This document shows, one piece after another, positions 39,832-49,384 of a stretch of 64,000 bases of DNA (the stretch's first letter is position 1; every line of letters starts with the position of its first letter). The notes under the pieces are model-generated. The model did no database searches. It was not told where the DNA came from and was given only the letters and a program-made list of their open reading frames with translations. The DNA lies in the IMG/VR virus record IMGVR_UViG_3300031576_000012, positions 1 through 64,000 of that record. One strand, 5' to 3'. The translations under genes were made by a program, and so were the position numbers. Origin of the DNA: a virus.

Positions 39832-40965
39832 TCATTTGCGTTTTCCTTTCTTCTCTTCTTTGTTAAGCTTGGTGATAACATCAAAGAATTCTTTGGCTAC
39901 TTTGTGATGTGGACTGTCTGGTTTTCCAGACCAATTTACAATCACCTCTGTAGTTGCAAAACATTTCTGCATCAGAGTATCTGCACCCACATATGCAATG
40001 TCTTGAGCAATGTCTAGCATAAAGGTTAGAAGATTAACCACTTGGTTTTCATCCTCTGATACTTCTTTATCATTGAATCGTTCTTTGCTAAACAGTTCTT
40101 CAATCGCTTGCTTCTGTTCTGGGAGCTTTCCATCTGCTACAATCTTTTTAACGTCCTCTCTAATTGATGGATAGTCTTTGAGAATCTTAGTTACATCAAT
40201 AGCTAGGTAGTTAGACTTCCTGAATTGATCGTACTGTACCGCTGCGGCTGTTCCTACTAACCCTGATGCAGCATCAATCATGCAAGCGTCAATATATCCA
40301 AGCTTCTCAAGTGAATTAACCATTCTAGCTAACATCACTGCACTTCTACGATTAGGCTTCACACTATCAAAGTCAAAGCTCTTTTGTTTAGCATCAAGCA
40401 ATTTAGGATTAGCCCTGAAGAAGGAAACAACATCAGGTCTTACACCAATCTCTTTTGCATACGCATACCATTCATCTTTAGTCGGTGTCAAATCAATGTG
40501 ACAGAACCGGCTCATCAATGCTGGTTCAATATCTGTTACTTGGTAATCATCATCACCAGGATTACCAGCTGCTACGATACATGCACCCTTTGGTAGTTTG
40601 TAGTGGTTCATAATCCCGCCTGTAAGAACCAATTGGAACACACAGTTCAAAACATCTGGACGTGCCCTATTCAATTCATCAAGGAATAGAATGCCCTTCC
40701 AATTAGGATCTTGCGGAAGGAAGGAAGACATTAGGAACTCAGCTGTCTTTTTACCGTTCTTATCTGTACTCTCAATAGGCAAGCCCATCCAATCACCTGA
40801 TTCAGTCAGTGCTGCTCTAACGTCAATGAAGTTAATACCTAGCTTTTCTGTAACTTGGAAGACTGTTTCACTTTTACCAATACCGTGAACTCCCCAAAGC
40901 CACACAGATACTCCTGCATGTCGTCCCGCTTCGATTATCTTCTTTGCCGTGGTGATACTTGCCAT
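39832..40965 (-). CDS. MoxR-like AAA+ ATPase
   Basis: GVHGIGKS, ILFLDELNRA, AAGNP, ALMSRF. Confidence 0.92.
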   Translation of the reverse strand: MASITTAKKIIEAGRHAGVSVWLWGVHGIGKSETVFQVTEKLGINFIDVRAALTESGDWMGLPIESTDKNGKKTAEFLMSSFLPQDPNWKGILFLDELNRARPDVLNCVFQLVLTGGIMNHYKLPKGACIVAAGNPGDDDYQVTDIEPALMSRFCHIDLTPTKDEWYAYAKEIGVRPDVVSFFRANPKLLDAKQKSFDFDSVKPNRRSAVMLARMVNSLEKLGYIDACMIDAASGLVGTAAAVQYDQFRKSNYLAIDVTKILKDYPSIREDVKKIVADGKLPEQKQAIEELFSKERFNDKEVSEDENQVVNLLTFMLDIAQDIAYVGADTLMQKCFATTEVIVNWSGKPDSPHHKVAKEFFDVITKLNKEEKKGKRK

Positions 40966-40979
40966 GTTCTGTTCTCCTT

Positions 40980-41486
40980 TTATTTTTTTGCGTTAGCTAC
41001 AATTACTTGTAGTTCTTTTTGAACTTTTACTGGATAGTCCATATTGGTAATTATATGTCCATTGTTGTAGTGAAGTAAAGCTTTTTCTACATTACCGCGA
41101 TACTTTTTTAATAGGTGGGAGAGAAACAAAGAACCACATGCCACATTACGATCAGGGGCAAATGCTTCTTCTTTAGTAAGACCGCAAAGGTTTTTATATA
41201 TAACTGGGGTTAGCTGCATTAGCCCAACTGCACCCGAAGATTGATTATAAGCATAAGGATCACCATCACTTTCTACTTCGATAACTGCTCTTGTGATATT
41301 GGGATCAATAACTGAAAATTGGCCAATCTCAAAAGACGTTTTAGTAGCTGAAGTCTTTTTAAGGAATTCATTCTCTGTTCGGAGAATAGAAATGTCATGG
41401 AAAGCTAGAGCAAGCAACATATAGTTCATAGCAACTAAAGCTGCTAGAGCAAAAATCATATATCTATTTTGTAATGTAATTCTCAT
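40980..41486 (-). CDS. membrane-anchored lytic transglycosylase (SLT)
   Basis: N-terminal TM; IEVES, GAVGLMQL, ALLHYNNG. Confidence 0.9.
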   Translation of the reverse strand: MRITLQNRYMIFALAALVAMNYMLLALAFHDISILRTENEFLKKTSATKTSFEIGQFSVIDPNITRAVIEVESDGDPYAYNQSSGAVGLMQLTPVIYKNLCGLTKEEAFAPDRNVACGSLFLSHLLKKYRGNVEKALLHYNNGHIITNMDYPVKVQKELQVIVANAKK

Positions 41487-42154
41487 TTTATGCCTTTCGG
41501 TTTATTCAATACGTATATGTTACCTAGCTTTATATTATACGCATTTTGTTCTGATGAGTCAAGGTAAATGACCCTAATTGTATTCTTGTGTTTGCTTAGA
41601 TATTCTGCGACAAGCTTGGTCAACTCTACGTTGTTTGGTTTTTGTTCGTGTTCAGTAAGCACATTATTATATTGATAACCCCTTGATATTGCTTGAAATT
41701 CTGCGTTAAACTTAAATCCTTGAACCAATCGTAGGGCTATTTTAGCTGGGGTATCAACTAATATAGCGTCAACAGTATTCTTTTCTTTTGGTGAGGCTTT
41801 ATACATTTTGAAGTCTAGTATTTTAATCTCTCTACCTTTAGCACTATATAAGCGTGTTTTATGTAGGTTAATTAAAGAGGCTTCCTGCATCAACTCGGTT
41901 AACGATTTACCCCTGTACTGCCTGTTCTCTCTACCTACAGAGCCATAATATTTAGTCTTTAAAGAAATAAGAACTTTGTTTTGTGCTTCTATTTCAGTCA
42001 AATAAAACGAAGCTTCTTTGTGCATTTTACTTGATTGAGTGAAATCAACACTTGTAACACAAGCATTAAATGCAGCATTCAATTTTACAATACCTTCTTG
42101 ACATTTACCAACAAGGGTACTAAAGTGCGCTGCTGAATGTGTACGTCTAGGCAT
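41483..42154 (-). CDS. hypothetical protein
   Basis: 223 aa coupled ORF. Confidence 0.65.
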   Translation of the reverse strand: MPRRTHSAAHFSTLVGKCQEGIVKLNAAFNACVTSVDFTQSSKMHKEASFYLTEIEAQNKVLISLKTKYYGSVGRENRQYRGKSLTELMQEASLINLHKTRLYSAKGREIKILDFKMYKASPKEKNTVDAILVDTPAKIALRLVQGFKFNAEFQAISRGYQYNNVLTEHEQKPNNVELTKLVAEYLSKHKNTIRVIYLDSSEQNAYNIKLGNIYVLNKPKGIK

Positions 42155-42736
42155 TGCCTTTAGGCTCCACCTTGCTTAGAATGTCATCAATACGCTGTTC
42201 ACGTTGAGCCTCTTGTTCCTTTTGAAATACTTCAACTTGTGCCTTAGCTTGTTCTAACTTTTTATCCATACTGAGAGTCAATACCTTGTATTGCTTATCA
42301 AATTCGCTCATCACTTCATCTTTAGTAGTTAGCCTACAACTAACAAGAATGTCTGTCAAAACATCCATCATGATCCTTTGTTCAGTTAGAATCTGCATCA
42401 AAGCCATGAAATTAATCTCAACAGGTACCATATTGGGATTATTATTTCGCATTCTTCTTTTTCCTTTCCTGCTCTTTTTTGATCGTTGTCTTAAGCTTGG
42501 TCTCCAATTCTTTACATTCAAGTTTCTTGTCCTTACAGTTTGCATCCATATACTTAAGTCTTTGATTTACAACACCTTTTAGCATTGGATTGTCCTTCAA
42601 GAATGGATCAGCAATCTTAGTAAAACTTGTAAACCTTTGTTTCAATTCTCCTAAAATCTCTAATGATTCTGAAGACTTCTTTATCTTTTCTTTAATCTTT
42701 TGAATCTTAGTTGGTTTCTTTTTCATATACCCCTCT

Positions 42737-42765
42737 ATTATATCATATATAATATTATAAGTCAA
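42737..42765 (-). promoter_or_regulatory. sigma70-type promoter
   Basis: TTGACT-N17-TATAAT with extended TGn. Confidence 0.65.
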
Positions 42766-42916
42766 TTACTCATACAATTGTAATCTCTTTTATTTGTATA
42801 CATACTTCTTATTGTATTAATATATTGCATATAAATTAATTATAATCTACATAAATATTGTATTAACATAATTGTATCTTGTAAGAATACAATTGTAATT
42901 ATAATATATATTATAA
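42766..42916. other. very AT-rich repeat region, candidate replication origin
   Basis: 13-bp direct repeat ATACAATTGTAAT (42772, 42887), further ATTGTA units, 18-bp palindrome TTATAATATATATTATAA (42899-42916). Confidence 0.5.
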
Positions 42917-42938
42917 CCTTTATCTCAGCCATTGTCAA
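42910..42938 (-). promoter_or_regulatory. consensus sigma70 promoter
   Basis: TTGACA-N17-TATAAT. Confidence 0.8.
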
Positions 42939-43285
42939 TCTAAATTATCGTATTCGATTTCAGACCCTTCATATGAGTCTTCATCACAATCTAGCCCCTC
43001 TGCCTCTTCATCTACCTTTTTAGTAATGATATCATATAGTTCTTTATCATTTAGTTTAATGTTATTGGTAACGTCTTCCCCCTCTTCAGTTCTAATTTTA
43101 AAACTAAAGTCATCTAAGAATGACATACGTACACCTCTATTACCATCAGCATCAGCCCCGTAATTGTTATCAGTAACGAAAGTGTAATCTACTTCAATCT
43201 CAAAGAAACGATAGTCATGATTGTTTCTAGTATCTGTATATACAAAATTATGATTCATTAGTCTTCTCCAAAATGGTTTTAACAT
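42935..43285 (-). CDS. acidic hypothetical protein
   Basis: D/E-rich; YGADADGNRG motif. Confidence 0.7.
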   Translation of the reverse strand: MLKPFWRRLMNHNFVYTDTRNNHDYRFFEIEVDYTFVTDNNYGADADGNRGVRMSFLDDFSFKIRTEEGEDVTNNIKLNDKELYDIITKKVDEEAEGLDCDEDSYEGSEIEYDNLD

Positions 43286-43475
43286 ACTTGCTAACCTCTT
43301 GTTCTACAAGGGGCTTATTACTCCAATCAGGTGGGAATACATTCTTGTATTCATCCTTCAAACGCATCATAGAAAATACATGAATTTCACACGCGGTATT
43401 AATAACCGTATCATGCTCTTCTGCATACGCATTATTACACATTAACATAATTAAAGCAAGTAAAATCTTTTTCAT
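43248..43475 (-). CDS. small secreted protein
   Basis: Signal peptide MKKILLALIMLMCNNAYA. Confidence 0.65.
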   Translation of the reverse strand: MKKILLALIMLMCNNAYAEEHDTVINTACEIHVFSMMRLKDEYKNVFPPDWSNKPLVEQEVSKYVKTILEKTNES

Positions 43476-46148
43476 TATCTTCTCTCCTTTTAAATTTTAC
43501 GTTGTTTTACGTTCATTGTCAAATGACTCTTTTAAACAAAGAGTATCTTATAAATACATTTGGTATTTGTTGGTCTGAAGTGGGGTACTTTCCTTGCTGC
43601 CCACCACCAGGGTACCTTTGCCATGAGACCTTATTCTGTTTCTCATGCTCTTTGTTGTAAGGTATTATCCTTATCTTGTCTTTAGGTATGTTCATTTCTG
43701 TATAGTCTTTCTACTGAACCCTATACTAAAACTACAGAATCCAATGAATAATGCAATAACTGTGCCAAATATAAAACCCATGTATATTAAAGAGAACACA
43801 ACTCTAAGACACTCTTTAAAAAATTCTATTACTATTTCAATCATATTAATCTCTTCCTCCCAACCAATATTTAATATTATACCATATCGTTAAGGTAATT
43901 TTAATAGCATAACACATGAAGTCGTTAAATTCTTTTTTGAAATTAGCCAATTTAAAACTCCTTTTAGTTACTTACCATTGATGATTGTAAAGTCACCGTC
44001 ACCACGTACAGGGGCGATACTCCTTACTCCCATTTGACTAATGGTGTATGCCGTATCTTTCAATGACGCTTTCTTTTGTAGGTCTTTACATATTTTAATT
44101 GCATCCATCATTGTGATATTATCAATCAATGTTTCAATTACTCCATTAGACCGCTTGTATATAAGACAATTCTTCATTTGTATACCCTTTTAGTTATATT
44201 GTTGAACATCAAATACATTACTATTAATCAATTCAATTATGACATTCCCATTTTCTAATTCATTCTCATGTTGCTTAACGAATGTTGAAATGGCCAATTT
44301 ATCAAGGCTTTTTATAATCCACTTCAATGAATGGGATGCATGTACAAAATTTTTATCTGCATGTTGTCCTTCACTGATAGCTGTTAGGTTACTATCTAGC
44401 CCTTTCAATACTTCCAATGTCCTTTGCTCTGATTCAGTCATGTTACTTGCTCCCTACAAAAGGTTTATCATCGCTAGGTACTAAGTCAATCAAGTTTGCA
44501 TATTGAACTACCGGCTTTCTACCACGCTTTAGCTGCAAGCTTTCATCAAATACTTTCACTTGCTCCAATAGTGACGCGGCTATCTCATTACCCGCTTTAG
44601 CATCTTTTAATAGTTTAGTTCTAACATTGCGCCTTGTCTTCTTATCTAGTACCACACCTGATACTACTTCCCTAATTACAGTTTCACTAATTGTCGTTTG
44701 TCCCTTTGGCATGTTATCGTCCCTTTCTATAAGTTAATTGAAACGTCTTTAATAAAACATTCATCGCAAAATCTCACAATTGTACAAATACTATCAGCTA
44801 CTTCTTTAAATTTTTTATATTTATTTTCTTTTAATCCTTCTTTCAAAATATCATTTGATATTGTATATTTTTTATTGCATTTTGGGCAACTAGCATCATG
44901 ATATATCATAAAATTATTCCTTTCTTTTCGTACAATCATTTAATAGTTCTAGTGTGAATGGATCAAGATATCCTTTTTGAATTCCCATTTCATCTATTGC
45001 GTCTAGCATCTCACTTGCCGCTTGATAGGCTACCTCAAGGTATCCATCTCCTGTCAATTCAGCATGGGTACCTAATGCCCCTACTGCATCATACAACTTG
45101 CCTCTTAGCCCTAGATAATCATACTTTGTCATAATTACCTCACGAATGCTTTTACATATGCATGTACAGCGGGGGGAATTTGAGCAAACAAATACATTGC
45201 CCCAATAAAATATCCTACTAGCGCCAACATGATTGTTACAAATAATATTTTTTGTTTAGTTTCAAATATCATTTTATTATCCTTTCTTTGTTATAGTTGT
45301 TCACAATACTCTATTTGTTCCTCACCTATTGCCAAAATAAGAGTATCAATATCCTCCTCTTGACAGTCTACTACAAAAACTTCACCGCTTACAAGCTTTA
45401 TCTCATACGTTGAATTAATCACATTAATTTACTCCTCTATAGTCAAAGTCTTGATATGAACATTCATTGTCTTGACTGATAATCTTTGCAATTCTATTGC
45501 CTGCCAAGTCTTCAATGTAACTGTCATGCCCTTCTACCATTGTAGTCAATAGTTCCCCTTCATCTAATAGGTCACTAATCTTTTCTAATGTATATCCTTT
45601 CTTAACTATCATAATATCTTGTGATACATGACCGCTAACTGTAAAAGATATTCTACCTGTTTTTGAATTAGCCAATTTAAACCTCCCTTTTAATATTCAT
45701 TATATAGTTAACTAATTTGTTAGTCAACATTTCTTGCTTTCTTTGTTTTGACACTGCCCCTATAAAAAACCTTCTCATTGAATTACCATATCTTTTTTTA
45801 TTACACTTGCCGCACATGCCCTTACCTAATCCCCTTTTTAGCATGTATTTTACTTGCGTATGATATTCTGCATTACATTGTTTACAATTTACTTTGCATG
45901 ACGTAGTTAATCCTTCAATTGGTGTTTTCATTATCGTACCTCAATTTCTTCAATACTAACCCATGAGTCATTTTCAAAATGGTTTAAGTCTTCCACTGTT
46001 TTAATTGTTTCTTTTAAGTCTTCACTATATTGCTTTAAGATATCCTTTTGAAAGTTTAAAGCTTTCTTTTTTTTGTCGAATACTTCAATTTGTCTTCCAT
46101 TGTCGTATTCATGTGTTAGTACATATACTTTCATTATATTGTCCTTTC

Positions 46149-46727
46149 TTAGCATCGTGTTAGATTCTCAAACAAGTACCCGTTATCATCTTGCGGCAAA
46201 CAATCGTTACGCGCTGCAAAGATAGATATTTCACATTCTTTGCACAATTCTACTCTTTCTTTAATTGACATATTCTCCCATGTTTCACATGCTAGTTCCC
46301 ATTCCATTTCAGAAAACAAGTCTTCATTAAGAATAGGGTAGCTATCTAGGCTTTCTTGAATCAATGCCCATTCAATGAATACGGGGGTTATGTTGCCCAT
46401 TTCATCTATTGGCTTAATACTAAACCCGTCAACGTGCCCTACTGCCCAATGGTTATGACTTTCCATTCTAATATGCCCTGAATTCTCAAAAGGTTTTAGT
46501 TTTTCCTCAATAACCTTTGCATTGCATTGTGTAAGTGTATCAGCGTCACGGTTTGAATAATACACTATGCCCCAATTTTCAGCGTCTTTAGGTTTACCAA
46601 ACCAAACAAAACTATCAAACTTTGCCCAATTGCCGCGTACTTCATTAGCAAACTCTAAAAGCTTTTTCGGATTAGCCAATATTTTAGACTGTTTTAGCAT
46701 GTTGCACCTTTTTGTTAAATTGTTCAT
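46149..46727 (-). CDS. conserved early phage hypothetical protein
   Basis: RDADTLTQCN...HWAVGHVD...LDSYPILNED..SEME. Confidence 0.7.
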   Translation of the reverse strand: MNNLTKRCNMLKQSKILANPKKLLEFANEVRGNWAKFDSFVWFGKPKDAENWGIVYYSNRDADTLTQCNAKVIEEKLKPFENSGHIRMESHNHWAVGHVDGFSIKPIDEMGNITPVFIEWALIQESLDSYPILNEDLFSEMEWELACETWENMSIKERVELCKECEISIFAARNDCLPQDDNGYLFENLTRC

Positions 46728-46898
46728 TGTTTTCTATTTGATGATACCCATTTCTAAAAAATACTTGTTTCCCTATATCTTGTTTTTGCACCCTTCCAAA
46801 AAAGTCATATAAGAATATATTTTTCCCGTGTTTTGTTCTATGGGCGCTAATCATCCCTTGCCCTATATCCTGTTTTTGTATGGTGTAAACATGCATAA

Positions 46899-47033
46899 CT
46901 AAGCTTTCCTTTCTTGTCTGAATAGGCTTAAAGCTTCACTCTTAGTATATCCAAAGTAAACCCGCTTGAACAAATACCCTTGCACAATATCAGTTATGAC
47001 ATATGCCCCGTGAATGTTCTTAGTGATAGTCAT
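46899..47033 (-). CDS. small protein (44 aa) missed by the ORF track
   Basis: MTITKNIHGAYVITDIVQGYLFKRVYFGYTKSEALSLFRQERKA with AGGGGG SD. Confidence 0.65.
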   Translation of the reverse strand: MTITKNIHGAYVITDIVQGYLFKRVYFGYTKSEALSLFRQERKA

Positions 47034-47044
47034 ATATAACCCCC

Positions 47045-47599
47045 TTATATGTAGAAAGCTTGCCCATTAGCAAGAAACGTCATTTCATTACATTGTGCTA
47101 ATTCAATCAAGCTTTCATCACTTGTTTGATGTTCAATATCACTATACCCAATTTTTTCAAACTCCATTGACAAGCTTTGCAAGAATTCAAGGCAAGCGTT
47201 TTCTATCAAGCCAATTGTTTCAGAGTTTGCCCTATTATCACAATGTGTAAAAAGTGTCATGCTGTTTTTATAGGTATAATGCCCCTTAGTCTTAACGTCT
47301 AAGCTTTCAAATTCTACAGCGTCAAGTATTTCAGGGGTTATGCCCTTGCAATGTTCTAGCACGTTTGCCCTTGTCAAATTCCCTTCGAATGCTACCCCGT
47401 CCCCTTGGCAACAACTCAATGACCAATTAGCTTTTAAATCAAGCTTTCTTTCTTCAAGTAACATTGCAAAATTATCTGAAACAATTTCATAAATAAACCC
47501 GTTTTCATATTCTGATTGTCTAAGCTTTTCAATTGCCCTTTCCTTTGCCTTTGGTTCTAATTCTTCAATGCTATAAACTGTTATTTCTACTTTTTGTAT
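47045..47599 (-). CDS. phage/plasmid early protein (family often labelled 'antitoxin of toxin-antitoxin stability system'), ATA start proposed
   Basis: Frame open 45 codons upstream of ATG 47464: IQKVEITVYSIEELEPKAKERAIE; CQGDGVAF, TSDE...NEMTF..NG. Confidence 0.6.
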   Translation of the reverse strand: MQKVEITVYSIEELEPKAKERAIEKLRQSEYENGFIYEIVSDNFAMLLEERKLDLKANWSLSCCQGDGVAFEGNLTRANVLEHCKGITPEILDAVEFESLDVKTKGHYTYKNSMTLFTHCDNRANSETIGLIENACLEFLQSLSMEFEKIGYSDIEHQTSDESLIELAQCNEMTFLANGQAFYI

Positions 47600-48723
47600 G
47601 TTATAACTCGCTTTCTATTATTAAGGTTTTCAATTCTTCCCCTGTACCATCAAAAGGCATTGGTATATATCCTTCATAACACCTATTAGCATAATCTGAT
47701 ATACAAACGTCTGATAGTTCCCAATGCTTACCCGTTTTAGTAAAATATGCATATGATTCACAGTTATGATTTTCTTCATTGCATTCATTATCTTTACAAA
47801 TATCTAAACTCAATTCATTCAAGTATTTTGTTGTATTGTTCCATTGTGTTTTAGTCATATTGTCCCCTTTACTTTACAAGATTGTCTAAAATGGTTTGAT
47901 CTACTTCTTTGCATTCCATGCCCGAAAATTCAGTGCCTAACCATTTATTGATATGCCTTGACGTTGTAACGCTCCATTTTTTGCTTGTACGTACTACCCC
48001 TAAACCACTAATAAAAGCGGCTACGGGGGTTTTATATGAAAAGAGAATAGAGTTATTTTCTGTTTCTAGTACCGTCATGTTACTTGCGTATGGATTAATT
48101 TTCATTTTATGCCCTTTCTTGTTTGTTGTTTATTGCCCTATTCATTAAGCTTACTATTCCATGCATTCAATGTCAAGCTTTATTTCAATCAATCTATTAT
48201 AAAGATTTACATGCTCTTTTGTATTTTCCTTGTCTTCTCTAATTAAGCGTAGGCTTTCACTAATCAGATAATTGATATTTTCAAGCTTTGCTTGCTTAGT
48301 CATATAGCTTGCCTTGCCTGTCTTAAAGAAGCTTAATCCGCTTTGTAGTAGTGTCATGTTGTCCCCTTTACTTGTCTACCCAATTAATTAACCCAATGAA
48401 TAACGCGCCAAAATCAACATATATAATGACCATAGAAGCGATTACAGCTAGAACTATTGCCGCTATATACTCTTTACCTTGCTTTGTCATTATTTCTTAC
48501 CTTGAAGCTTTCTAATCATTGCGATATCGCCACGCTTTACCGCTTCCGTCAATAACACTGAAAGGGGGTTAACAGGCTTTGACGTTTCAGCCTTAACAAC
48601 GGGGCGGCTATTTTTAACCCCATTCAATGATCGTTCAATACGTCTTACCTCTCTATCATTATCGTATATGTCTTTCATGTTGTCCCCTTTCACTTCATTC
48701 TGTTTATTGTTGCCCATATATAG

Positions 48724-48752
48724 AGAGTATCAAACTAAGCTTACTATGTCAA
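48724..48752 (-). promoter_or_regulatory. early sigma70-type promoter
   Basis: TTGACA-N17-TACTCT with TGn extension, at the head of the leftward gene array. Confidence 0.65.
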
Positions 48753-49384
48753 CATTTAATTTCAGCAATCCTTCAAAGGAATGCTAAACCTATCTATCGC
48801 ATATAAAGGGTTAATAGGCTATGATAGAGCATAGATAAATCGTTGATATTACAAGGAAATATGCATATTATTGATATTGTTAGTTATTATTAGCAGTAAC
48901 CGGATTTCCCCAACATGCTACATAGCACTATATACTATGGCAATAAACCTACCTATTATCCCTATTGCTCAATATTGCCCATTCCTATATATACCCTAAC
49001 CCCCTATGTAGTACATTCTTATATGCAAGCTTAGTGCCAATTGTATTAGCGGCGCTAACATACATGACCATACATCAAAGGTTTGTTCCCTCTGCAACAT
49101 ACATGCCAAGGTACAAAGATATTGCTTGACATATAATCCTATTCCTGGTATAATATATGCATGTGTTATGTATATAAGCATAATTCATTGCACCCTATAT
49201 ATGTATTATTACATATTGATAATTGAATGTCAATATATAAATTGATTAATGATTTCAATATGATATGGGTATGGCATAGGGTATGCATACATGATAAGGG
49301 GTACGGTTATATGCACATTGTATGCCATAGGCCACTGGTACCCCAAATGATAACAACAATTTTAGCAAAGGAACAATCATTCCT

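Larger units (their letters stand above)
43968..48717 (-). other. cluster of about 20 small early (host-takeover-type) genes
   Basis: Tightly packed 44-190 aa ORFs downstream of the promoter at 48724-48752; repeated AAGGGGACAAYATG initiation signal; distinct oligonucleotide usage. Confidence 0.7.

Noticed and set aside
48996-49181. 61-aa ORF in the divergent gap
   Set aside because: No SD, atypical composition, lies upstream of the early promoter
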